Made by a program: the position numbers and the translations under genes. Under the pieces are notes generated by a model that saw only the letters and a program-made list of their open reading frames with translations, was not told the origin of the DNA and did no database searches. A stretch of DNA of 64,000 nt. It comes from a virus (lineage: Duplodnaviria; Caudoviricetes). Below are positions 55,163 to 64,000 of this stretch, one piece after another. The DNA is taken from the IMG/VR virus record IMGVR_UViG_2534682207_000010, positions 1 through 64,000 of that record; one strand, written 5' to 3'. How positions within the stretch are numbered: position 1 is the first letter of the stretch; each line of letters opens with the position of its first letter.

Positions 55163-55644
55163 TTTTTAAAGAAGCTTATGAGGCTCTGAAACAGGGCACA
55201 GATATAAAAAGACCATCATGGAAAGGTTTCTGGCGTAAAGAGAATGGCACGATTGTCATGTATTGCAAAGATGGTTCAAAGGTTCCATTCATGGAAACAG
55301 AATGTATCTTTGTTGATATCGACCACATGATGGCCGATGATTGGGAAATTGTTGACGGGGATTCCATTACGGGACTTGACGTGTCCACTTTTACATTCGG
55401 CGAGGCAATATCTCGTATGAAGAGAGGAGAGCGTGTTGCCCGTAAGGGCTGGAATGGAAAAAATCAGTACATTCAGCTGGCAACTAATATCAGCTATATT
55501 GACGCAGAGGGAAACGCTGTGAATGTGGAGCATGAAGCAATCGGAAATAAAGCCATTGCCTTTGTCGGAACGTCTGGAGTGCAGATGGGATGGCTTGCTT
55601 CACAGGCTGATATGCTGGCAGAGGACTGGAGGGTAGCGGAATGA
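55159..55644 (+). CDS. Tandem DUF2829 (Tad2-like) protein
   Basis: Two repeats of F.EA...K.G....R..W...D..A.DW.I/V. Confidence 0.85.
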   Translation: MIFKEAYEALKQGTDIKRPSWKGFWRKENGTIVMYCKDGSKVPFMETECIFVDIDHMMADDWEIVDGDSITGLDVSTFTFGEAISRMKRGERVARKGWNGKNQYIQLATNISYIDAEGNAVNVEHEAIGNKAIAFVGTSGVQMGWLASQADMLAEDWRVAE

Positions 55645-55973
55645 ATTTTGGACAGGCATTTGAACAGGTAAAACAGGGTAAGGGCATGAGGCTGCCACAG
55701 TGGAAAGAGGATGTGGTTATCCGCTGTGCGTTTCCTCCGGATATGAAGGATACTAGAGCGGGAATCGCCCATGCCATTTGTACGGATGTGTGTTTAGCAC
55801 TTAATAAGGAATTAACAGAGGCGCAGGAAAGCACGATTCGCGCGGCGGTAAGAAATCGAATTGGCGAGCAAATGACAGCCCCATATCTTTATGTGGAGAG
55901 CCGCTTCGGGCGTGTGCCGTGGAAAGAGACCATGATTGAACTGTTTTCCGAGGACTGGGAAGTGGTTGAGTAA
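55641..55973 (+). CDS. DUF2829 (Tad2-like) protein
   Basis: MNFGQAFEQVKQGKGMRLPQW..YLY..PW..LFSEDWEVV. Confidence 0.8.
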   Translation: MNFGQAFEQVKQGKGMRLPQWKEDVVIRCAFPPDMKDTRAGIAHAICTDVCLALNKELTEAQESTIRAAVRNRIGEQMTAPYLYVESRFGRVPWKETMIELFSEDWEVVE

Positions 55974-55988
55974 TAAGGCGGTAGTGCT

Positions 55989-56426
55989 ATGAGAGGACTG
56001 AAACGCAATAAGCAAAAGATGTGGTATCAGCTCTATTCAGAACACATTCCGGTCTATGAGACAGACCTTGATGGTAACATCATCTATGACCCCGTGACCG
56101 GAGAACCACTTATAACGGGAGATTTTACCGTTGGATATGCTGACCCTGTGGAGTTTCGGGCGAATGTATCAGCCGCCAGAGGAGAAGCGAATACAGACCC
56201 ATTCGGCGTTGATTTGGCGTATGACAAAACTGTTGCCACCTGTGACATGAATTTACCGATTGATGAATTGTCGGTGTTATTCGTGGATAAGAAGCCGGAA
56301 TTTGGTGCAGATAGGAAGTTGACCAATAAGCCGGATTATAAGGTAGTCAAGGTCGCAAAGAGCCTTAATTCGGTGTTGTATGCGATTCGGAAAGTGACGG
56401 AGGGAAAGCAAAATGATTCGGCATGA
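55989..56426 (+). CDS. Head closure / head-tail adaptor
   Basis: MRGLKRNKQ..Y..PV.FRANVS..PDY.V..VAKSLN. Confidence 0.75.
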   Translation: MRGLKRNKQKMWYQLYSEHIPVYETDLDGNIIYDPVTGEPLITGDFTVGYADPVEFRANVSAARGEANTDPFGVDLAYDKTVATCDMNLPIDELSVLFVDKKPEFGADRKLTNKPDYKVVKVAKSLNSVLYAIRKVTEGKQNDSA

Positions 56427-56682
56427 AACATATAGCTTTGACCAGTGCAAAGTAACATTTAATAAGGATATTTATTCAGCCATTCTGGAACGAAGAGAAG
56501 GAAAAGAAGAACAATATCCAACAGTTCTACTGGATTATCGACCGATAGGAGAAGACAGAGTTGATTTACGAACGATTCCTTGTATTTTGGAATTTAAGAA
56601 TGAGAAAGCCATTGACGATTTGATTCGCGTTCTCAAGCATCTGAAAGAAAGCTGGAAAGAGGCAGGGGAGACAAATGGCTAA
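56413..56682 (+). CDS. Hypothetical moron in the neck module
   Basis: 89 aa; overlapping junctions. Confidence 0.6.
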   Translation: MIRHETYSFDQCKVTFNKDIYSAILERREGKEEQYPTVLLDYRPIGEDRVDLRTIPCILEFKNEKAIDDLIRVLKHLKESWKEAGETNG

Positions 56683-57205
56683 GAGAGTAATCCGAGGCGA
56701 ACTATCCTCAAAAGGAATCCGGAGCATTATTGACCAGCTTCAGGACTACAAACAGGACTTGCACCGTAAGGTTGAATTGCTGTGTCAAAGACTGACAGAA
56801 GCCGGATTAACCGTGGCACAAGAGAAAGTTGGAGAGTCGCCGCTTGGTAAGACAATTTCCCTGCGGATTGATATGGAGCCGTCAAAGGCAGGAAGTAAGG
56901 CTATGCTGATTGCTTCTGGCCAGACGAAATCAAATGATTATGGAACGGTTTCTACTTTACTTTTGGTTGAGTTTGGCGCGGGCGTATTCTACAATCCATC
57001 AGACAATCCGAAAGCTGGGGAAATGGGGTATGGAATCGGTACTTTCCCCGGACAGATTCATGCCTTTGAAGATGGATGGTATTACTGGGGCGAAGATGAG
57101 AAGTGGCATTACACTCATGGCACAAAAGCCACAATGCCTATGTATAACGCTTCGGTGGCTATCCGGGAGCAGGTAGTGGCGATTGCAAAGGAGGTGTTCG
57201 GATAA
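56675..57205 (+). CDS. Neck protein (HK97 gp10-like)
   Basis: VEFGAG..GW.Y..THG..A..PMYNA. Confidence 0.75.
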   Translation: MAKRVIRGELSSKGIRSIIDQLQDYKQDLHRKVELLCQRLTEAGLTVAQEKVGESPLGKTISLRIDMEPSKAGSKAMLIASGQTKSNDYGTVSTLLLVEFGAGVFYNPSDNPKAGEMGYGIGTFPGQIHAFEDGWYYWGEDEKWHYTHGTKATMPMYNASVAIREQVVAIAKEVFG

Positions 57206-57588
57206 TGCTTGACATTTCCTCACTGGTCTATTCCAGACTGATAAACAACGAGCAGATGAAGAAATATCTGAAAGGTAGCGGTACAACTAAGAATGACACT
57301 CCATCGGCATTTCCGTATTTGTACATGAAAACATTGGGGGAGCCAACAACCAGTTCTTCCTTACAGAATAAGCAATGCGCCATACAAGCTGCTTTTGAGA
57401 TTACTATTTATGATTCTACTTCAAGTACCAAAGCGAAGCAGCTAATCTTTCTGGCGGCTGACCTTATGCAGAAGATGGGATTTACAATGAATTACGGTCC
57501 GACTGAGATTGACCGTGCAAGTACAACAGAAGCATATCGCTGGATTGCAAGGTTTAAAAGAACCTATTGCGAGGGCGATTTGATATAG
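57205..57588 (+). CDS. Tail terminator/completion protein
   Basis: FPYLY, position before the tail tube gene. Confidence 0.7.
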   Translation: MLDISSLVYSRLINNEQMKKYLKGSGTTKNDTPSAFPYLYMKTLGEPTTSSSLQNKQCAIQAAFEITIYDSTSSTKAKQLIFLAADLMQKMGFTMNYGPTEIDRASTTEAYRWIARFKRTYCEGDLI

Positions 57589-57665
57589 CAACTACATAAC
57601 CTTTGAGCCATGCAGGAAACTGTGTGGTTCTTTTTTTATTCCAAATTTTAAGGAGGATATGAACC

Positions 57666-58163
57666 ATGGGTAAAAATTTTATAGACCTTTCTACGGCAGG
57701 CATCCAGGTTGGATATGGGATTGAAGGGACGGCAGGCCAAAAACCATCAAAGTTTACCGACCTGCCAAACCCAAAGGCAATACCTGATTTCAATCCGGAA
57801 ACAGCGACTTACGATGTTACGTCTCTGAACGACACAGTTTGGAAGCGTTACATTGATGGACTGAAAGACCCAGGTGGAGCGATTGCGATTACGTTCGGAA
57901 TGTCTGATGGATTCCGAGAGATGTGGAAAGGTATTTGTACCGAATACGAAAGTGCAAAAACATCTGGGAAACGCATGTGGATGGAATTTTTCCACCCTGG
58001 ATTGACTGAGGCATTTTTCTTTACCTGTACTCCATCAAGTCTAGGATGGTCCGCAACTGATGTGGATAGTGCTTGGGACACCACGGTATCGGTAACACCA
58101 ACTGGGGAAATTGGGTGGGCAGAGCCAATTAAGCCTACACCAAAGGAACAGATTGGGGAATAA
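57666..58163 (+). CDS. Major tail (tube) protein
   Basis: LSTAGI..GY..YDVTSL..YIDGLKDPGG. Confidence 0.85.
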   Translation: MGKNFIDLSTAGIQVGYGIEGTAGQKPSKFTDLPNPKAIPDFNPETATYDVTSLNDTVWKRYIDGLKDPGGAIAITFGMSDGFREMWKGICTEYESAKTSGKRMWMEFFHPGLTEAFFFTCTPSSLGWSATDVDSAWDTTVSVTPTGEIGWAEPIKPTPKEQIGE

Positions 58164-58180
58164 AGAAAACTGGGAGGTAA

Positions 58181-58711
58181 ATGAACATGAGAATTTTGAC
58201 GATTGGCGGCAAGGAATATCAAATTGAATTTTCCTTTGATGCGGCAGAGTATAAGGCTTGTGTGGACAAAGTTTTTAAAGTGGTTTCTGGCGGCTACATT
58301 ATGAAGCGTGGAATCACTGAAAAAGATGGAAAGGCTGAAATAGCAGAGGCGCTGACGGATAGCACAGCAGACATGTTTTCTGATATAGCGTCTTTATCAA
58401 TTACATGCCTGTATGCAGGCCTTCTGGAAAATAATCCAGTTGAGGATGAAAAAGCCGCGAGACAGCTACTTAAACAGTTTGTAAAGGAAAATCCAGACGA
58501 TGGCCGTGCATCTTATTTCGGAATGTATGAATTCTTGAAGGAATGCATGGAGGAAGATGGTTTTTTCAAATTGACCGGACTGGACAGGTATCTGAAGGAC
58601 ATGTCCGAATCAATGGCGAAGGCAATAAAGGAAGCAGAAAAGGAGACAGAACGGTCCACATTGCCGAAGGTTCCGACAGACCCAAAGAGGAAGTCAACTT
58701 CCACAAAATAA
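58181..58711 (+). CDS. Tail assembly chaperone (G)
   Basis: Between tail tube and tape measure genes. Confidence 0.8.
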   Translation: MNMRILTIGGKEYQIEFSFDAAEYKACVDKVFKVVSGGYIMKRGITEKDGKAEIAEALTDSTADMFSDIASLSITCLYAGLLENNPVEDEKAARQLLKQFVKENPDDGRASYFGMYEFLKECMEEDGFFKLTGLDRYLKDMSESMAKAIKEAEKETERSTLPKVPTDPKRKSTSTK

Positions 58712-59070
58712 TTTGGGAGCATTATCTTCCGCTTGCGCTAAAAATAGGTGTCCCTTATGAATTGTTCTGGCACCTCAATCCAACAAAACTGATTCCGTTT
58801 ATTAAAGCATATGGACAGAAACAGCAAGAGCGAAGTGATGAAATGTGGATGATGGGTCAGTTTGTTATGGCGGCATTAGATGCAACTGTATGTAACATGA
58901 TGCCTTTCGTTAAACGCAAAGGAAAAGGAAAATACCCTGAAAAGCCATATCGGGTAATTCCTATGACGGAAGAAGAAAGGCGGCAGGAAGAAGATAAAGA
59001 ATTGCAAAAATTCCTTGGTTTTGCGGATTCGTTTGAGAAAGATGTGAAAAAGAAAAATGAGGGCATGTAG
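58681..59070 (+). CDS. Tail chaperone T segment reached by -1 frameshift
   Basis: C CCA AAG slippery heptamer at 58681-58687 in the G frame; the -1 frame is open to 59070. Confidence 0.75.
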   Translation, partial: PKEEVNFHKIIWEHYLPLALKIGVPYELFWHLNPTKLIPFIKAYGQKQQERSDEMWMMGQFVMAALDATVCNMMPFVKRKGKGKYPEKPYRVIPMTEEERRQEEDKELQKFLGFADSFEKDVKKKNEGM

Positions 59071-59182
59071 GTGTTACAGCCTATTTGCCTATTTTAACAA
59101 CATAGTTTCCATAAATCAATAGGGCGAGTGACTAAAGCAGTTACCCGCCTTTTTTTATATGCAGAAAAGGTAGGTGAATATC

Positions 59183-62100
59183 ATGTCAGATGTAATTGAT
59201 GATTTAAAAGTCCAAATAGACGCTAGTACGCAGAGCGCAGATGCGAAATTGGATAAGTTCATTGCAAAGATGATGAAACTCCAGTCCACAATTACTGGTC
59301 TGGAAATGTCCAATGTAAGTAATATTGCTTCCGGAATTAATCAGATATCGGCGTCCATTCAGAATTTTAATAACAGAACAAAGACGGCAGATTTTAGTAG
59401 AGTTGCTACTGGAATGAATAAACTGGCAACAGTAGATGCCCAGGGAGTTGCAGCGACAGCTCAGGCCATGTCCACATTTGCAGCTAATATGATGGGGCTT
59501 AATGATGTTCATGTGGATTCTGATGGGATTTCTAACATAGCCAATGCCATATCCAAACTAGGGCGGGCAACAGTGACAGAGGCGACGCAGAATTTGGAGT
59601 TTCTGAAAACCAGTATGAAAGATTTTATTACTGGAATGAATGGTGCCGGAAGTTTAACTTTTGATGCGAATGGACTAGTATCGCTGGTAAATAGCGTGAG
59701 CCGACTTGGAAGCACAAATGCTACGCAGTCGGTCAAGAATCTTCCGCAGATTTCCACAGCCTTAAGGGGATTCATTACGAGTATGAATACTGTTGGAAGT
59801 GTCGCGTTCGATTTTGCTGGGCTTAATAATCTTGTGAGCAATATTACCAGATTAGGTGGTGCAAAAGCAACACAGGCCGCAACAAATCTGAAACCGATAA
59901 AGGACCAGATATTGAGATTCGTGAGTGGTTTGAATGGGATAGGTTCACTTAGCTTTGATACAACCAGTCTGGCTAATCTTGTTTCTTCCATTACTAAACT
60001 GGGAGGCAAGGCGGCCACAACGGCGATTCCTAATATTCAGGCACTTGGTACGGCATTGACCCAATTAATGGCAACATTATCCCATGCACCAGCTGTAAGC
60101 CAAAATCTTATACAAATGACAACAGCTCTGGCTAACCTGGCCGGAAATGGTTCAAGGGTTAGCAGTGCATCGACGGCGATGTACCGAGGATTAAACTTAT
60201 ATTCCAGTAGCGCAAGTAGAGCGACCAAAGCTACAAAAGGTTTAGTTTCCCAAATTGGTATGTTCTATGCCAAGTGTTTCTTGCTGATTCGTGGAGCCAA
60301 AGCATTGTGGAAGGCCACAGAATCATCCATGGATTATATTGAGACATTGAATTATTTTGACGCTGCATGGGGGCAGGTCGCTGGGAATGCGGCAGGAGAG
60401 TGGAAGAAAGCTGGTTATGAGTCTGCTGAAGCTTATGCTAAATCTTTCAGTGAGAGAGCAAAAGCATTGACAGGTAAAATGACAGGATTTCAACCAGATG
60501 CATATGGGAATCTAATAGCAACTGGAATGCCCAGTCTTGGATTGGACCCAGAAAAGCTTATGAATTATCAAGCTACTTTTGGTCAAATGGCATCCTCTAT
60601 GGGTGTTGCTTCTGAAACTGCTTTGAAGTTATCCAATGCCCTTACTATGATTGGAGCGGATTTAGCTTCCGTAAAGAATCTTAAGTTTGAGGATGTATGG
60701 CAGGATATGGCATCTGGCATGGTCGGTATGAGCCGAACATTGGATAAGTACGGTGTCAATATTCGTAATGTGAATCTGCAAGAGAAATTATATGAGTTAG
60801 GTATAGATGCTAAAATTGCAAAACTGGGACAGCAGGACAAGGCACTTTTACGGACTATTATTTTACTCCAATCTACTAAATATGCGTGGGGTGATATGGC
60901 TGATACGATAGGACAGCCAGCAAACCAGTTACGCCTGTTACAGGCTAATTTTGCAAATTTGGCACGAACAATAGGTAACTTGCTTCTGCCTATAGTATCA
61001 AAAGTCCTTCCATACATAAACGCGCTGGTAATCGCCATACAAAGGCTATTTTCTTGGATAGGCGGTTTGTTGGGAATAAAGATAGGTGGTTTTAGTTCTT
61101 CGGTTGGTTCTGCGGCTACGGATTTTGGGGATATGGAAGATGCTGCTGACGGTATTGCAGATAGTACCGGTGATGCTGCAAAGAACACAAAGAAGATGGC
61201 AGACAACCTCCAGGAATTCGATACATTGAATGTTATTAATTCGCAAAAAGATTCCGGTAGCGGTGGAAGTGGTTCTGGCGGAGGTGCTGGTGGCCTGTTG
61301 GATGATGCTTTCAATGATGCGTTTGCTGAATATCAGCTGGCATGGGATAAGGCATTTGCGAACATGGAGAACTCAGCCCAAGAATTAGCTGATAAAATCA
61401 CGAGGGCATTTCAACGTATTTGGGAGGCCGCAGAACCAACCAGGGAATCTTTAAAGAGACTTTGGAATGAAGGGCTTGCTCGTTTGGGAGATTTTACATG
61501 GACTGCTTTGAAAGATTTTTGGAGTGAATTTTTGGTTCCTGTAGGAAAATGGACGCTTGGAACCGGACTGCCTATGCTCGTTGACAATATAAATGCTTTT
61601 TTGATGAAGATTGATTTTCCGGCGATTAATGATGCTCTGCGGAACTTCTGGCAGGCCCTCACTCCTTTCGCAACAAAAGTGGGGGAAGGTCTTATTGAGT
61701 TTTTTGGAGATTTACTGTCTATAGGTGCAGACTTTATTAACTTTACTGTCCCTAATGGTATAAACAGAGTAGCGGAGGCTCTAAGAAAGATTTCGCCAGA
61801 TACAGCTGAAAAGATTGGATATGCTCTTGGCGTAGTTGCAACCGGGATTATGGGATTTAAGACTATAGATGTTGCGGTTAAGGGTGTAAAAAATATCTAT
61901 AGTCCATTGCAAAAACTTTTTAAGTTAGTAGGCCCCATGAAGTATGTTGCAATTGCAGGTGGGATTGCTGGGCTTGTCTTTGCACTAGATAAGTTCGGCG
62001 TGATTGATGTGAATTGGTCTGTTTTAGCTACAGGATTTAAAAATTTGGCATCAGCGCTTGGAAAGTTTGTTTCTGGTATTGGGCAGGGACTCATTAATTT

Positions 62101-64000
62101 CATTAAAGGGATTACCCCGATTGTATCTCCGACGCTCGAATCTTTGATTAATGGAACTGGAAAGGCCTTTGAATTCATGGCCAAGGTATTAAATGCGATA
62201 CCTGAATCCATGCTTTCGGGATTAACAACAGCATTTTTAAGCTTTTTCGCCGCCTTTAAAACTTATGAAATGGTGGTAAAGGCTGGTGGATTAATAACAG
62301 CGTTTGCGAATAACATTAAATTCTTTGGTAGTTTACTTCCTGGCATCGTTAACTCTGGCCCAATATTGCAAAATTTGGCATCTGCGCTGGGACCATCTGC
62401 GTTAGGTGGTATTGCGTTTACCGTAATAGCTGGAGGATTATTGCTGATTGCACAGCACATTATGAAAGTTACTGATGCATCTGCAAAAAGTTCAGCAATA
62501 GGCCAATTTTCACAGGCTCTTAGTGATTTGAATGATGAAGTATCACAAAAAACAAACCAAATTAACACAAGCTTGGATAATACAAGAAATGCTGTTGAAA
62601 CCGCTGGTGTGGCAGAAGCACAGGTAGCAAGGGATTTGGCGAAAGAGTATAATGAGCTGTCCGATAAAGCCTCTTTAAGTGCAGGCGAGAAAGAACGGTT
62701 AAAGCAGGTATCAGACGACCTTGTGGATATTATTCCTAATTTAAGTAAATATATTGATGATGAAACAGGGTATTTAGATATTCAGAAAGAGTCATTGGAT
62801 GCAGTAATACAAGGATATGAAAGCCTCGCACAAAAGCAGGCCGCACAAGAATACCTTGTTGAAGCATACAAAAATCAGTACGAAGCACAAAACAATGTCA
62901 ACAAAGCTATTGACGAGTATAATAAGGCATTTGATAATTACTTAAAACAGGCAGGGATTGCTCCCCAGGTTATTAAGCAGATTGCTGATGGACAGTTAGA
63001 TATAAATCAGGCGTATGTAGATTTTCAGAATAGTCCTAATGCTTTTGCAGAGAAATATGGGGTACAGGATGTTGCTACGCTAAAAAAGGCTCTTGAGGGA
63101 TTAAGAAAGGAAACAGAGGAATATAATATAAATCTGAAAAATGCTAAAGACACACAAGAGAAAGCGGAGTATCAATTAGATTCCATGAAAAGTACCATTG
63201 ATGAATGTACTCAAAAGGAAAAAGAAGCTATAGAAACAGAAAAGGCAGGCATATTGGCATCTAACGAATATAAACAATCCTTACGTGACTTGAATACGGA
63301 ATTTTGCAATTTGGATTTAAATCTATCGGAAGATTTCATGCAAAATTTAGCTTTGGATAAGAACTTTGACATTACTCCAATTCAAGAATTTTTTAAATCT
63401 TTGGCGGAGGGTGTACAAGCATCTGGAAGTGAAGTGCAAAGTGCTTTTGAGAGTTTAGGATTATCATTGCCCAAAGAATTAGCAAATGCCATTGCTAAAA
63501 TGGAACCGGAAGCCCAAACGGAAGTTACAAAGATGCTTATGCAAATCAAAAGTGGTGCTGAAGTCCAGACACCGGAAATAAAATCATTGTTTGAGAAAAT
63601 TGGTTATGATTTACCAGATGCAATAGTGAAGAACTTTTCAGAAAAAGAACCCACGGTGCAGAATTCAACAATAGATTTGCTTGCCGGAATACAAAATGGG
63701 CACAGTTTGACCGAAGGACATTTAATTGAATTATTCGCTGGGTTGGGAGTGAAAGTTCCAGAAGCTTTAATAGAACAGTTGGGTGATTCAAAAACAAGTG
63801 CCGAAGTACAGGCTAAGGCAGTTGAGTTATTGGCACAAATTTCATCAGCAGAAGAATCAGAGCGTCCTGGACTTATTGAAAAACTTAAGACGCTTGGAAT
63901 TGATGGGGCTGATAGTCTGGCTGAAGGAATAAAAAGTGGTCAAAGTACAGTAGAGACTGAAACTAAAAATCTTGCTGGTGTAGCTAAAACCACCATGAAT
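59183..64000 (+). CDS. Tail tape measure protein (truncated by window end)
   Basis: MSDVIDDLKVQIDAS.., Ala/Ser/Gly-rich ~50-aa repeats, ETLNYF/SGMVGMSRTL TMP core; only antisense shadow ORFs appear in the track. Confidence 0.9.
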   Translation, partial: MSDVIDDLKVQIDASTQSADAKLDKFIAKMMKLQSTITGLEMSNVSNIASGINQISASIQNFNNRTKTADFSRVATGMNKLATVDAQGVAATAQAMSTFAANMMGLNDVHVDSDGISNIANAISKLGRATVTEATQNLEFLKTSMKDFITGMNGAGSLTFDANGLVSLVNSVSRLGSTNATQSVKNLPQISTALRGFITSMNTVGSVAFDFAGLNNLVSNITRLGGAKATQAATNLKPIKDQILRFVSGLNGIGSLSFDTTSLANLVSSITKLGGKAATTAIPNIQALGTALTQLMATLSHAPAVSQNLIQMTTALANLAGNGSRVSSASTAMYRGLNLYSSSASRATKATKGLVSQIGMFYAKCFLLIRGAKALWKATESSMDYIETLNYFDAAWGQVAGNAAGEWKKAGYESAEAYAKSFSERAKALTGKMTGFQPDAYGNLIATGMPSLGLDPEKLMNYQATFGQMASSMGVASETALKLSNALTMIGADLASVKNLKFEDVWQDMASGMVGMSRTLDKYGVNIRNVNLQEKLYELGIDAKIAKLGQQDKALLRTIILLQSTKYAWGDMADTIGQPANQLRLLQANFANLARTIGNLLLPIVSKVLPYINALVIAIQRLFSWIGGLLGIKIGGFSSSVGSAATDFGDMEDAADGIADSTGDAAKNTKKMADNLQEFDTLNVINSQKDSGSGGSGSGGGAGGLLDDAFNDAFAEYQLAWDKAFANMENSAQELADKITRAFQRIWEAAEPTRESLKRLWNEGLARLGDFTWTALKDFWSEFLVPVGKWTLGTGLPMLVDNINAFLMKIDFPAINDALRNFWQALTPFATKVGEGLIEFFGDLLSIGADFINFTVPNGINRVAEALRKISPDTAEKIGYALGVVATGIMGFKTIDVAVKGVKNIYSPLQKLFKLVGPMKYVAIAGGIAGLVFALDKFGVIDVNWSVLATGFKNLASALGKFVSGIGQGLINFIKGITPIVSPTLESLINGTGKAFEFMAKVLNAIPESMLSGLTTAFLSFFAAFKTYEMVVKAGGLITAFANNIKFFGSLLPGIVNSGPILQNLASALGPSALGGIAFTVIAGGLLLIAQHIMKVTDASAKSSAIGQFSQALSDLNDEVSQKTNQINTSLDNTRNAVETAGVAEAQVARDLAKEYNELSDKASLSAGEKERLKQVSDDLVDIIPNLSKYIDDETGYLDIQKESLDAVIQGYESLAQKQAAQEYLVEAYKNQYEAQNNVNKAIDEYNKAFDNYLKQAGIAPQVIKQIADGQLDINQAYVDFQNSPNAFAEKYGVQDVATLKKALEGLRKETEEYNINLKNAKDTQEKAEYQLDSMKSTIDECTQKEKEAIETEKAGILASNEYKQSLRDLNTEFCNLDLNLSEDFMQNLALDKNFDITPIQEFFKSLAEGVQASGSEVQSAFESLGLSLPKELANAIAKMEPEAQTEVTKMLMQIKSGAEVQTPEIKSLFEKIGYDLPDAIVKNFSEKEPTVQNSTIDLLAGIQNGHSLTEGHLIELFAGLGVKVPEALIEQLGDSKTSAEVQAKAVELLAQISSAEESERPGLIEKLKTLGIDGADSLAEGIKSGQSTVETETKNLAGVAKTTMN

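Noticed and set aside
59204-63797. Minus-strand ORFs over the tape-measure region
   Set aside because: Antisense shadows of the long + strand TMP frame, without RBS or recognisable domains

Overview
The window is the left ~64 kb of a temperate siphovirus prophage. Gene content, Shine-Dalgarno usage and the LexA-type boxes point to a Clostridiales/Lachnospiraceae-like host (inference). Order: large serine integrase; lysogeny switch; recombination/replication operon (SMC-like ATPase, RecT, MBL nuclease, SSB, ERCC4, initiator, primase-helicase); two DNA methyltransferases; an array of small accessory genes; a second, tyrosine recombinase; an IS630 insertion; an RHH-regulated module; small terminase; ~12 kb of accessory genes with five tRNAs and a ~0.9 kb structured noncoding region; intein-containing large terminase; portal/capsid/neck/tail genes; and a tape-measure gene running off the right edge. 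The most striking unexplained structure is a 12-bp motif (consensus AAAYTRAYATTT). It occurs ~19 times, always on the + strand, at the junctions of the small genes between 21.8 and 26.9 kb, and often supplies the upstream stop codon. The array lies just upstream of the tyrosine recombinase. A closely related 13-bp site forms a perfect inverted repeat (49571-49583 / 50013-50025) around two head-to-head cassettes that both read S-S-N-L from the site. Together these suggest a phage-encoded integron/shufflon-like cassette system. All product calls come from motif recognition without database searches, and the att sites, tail fibre and lysis genes lie outside the window.
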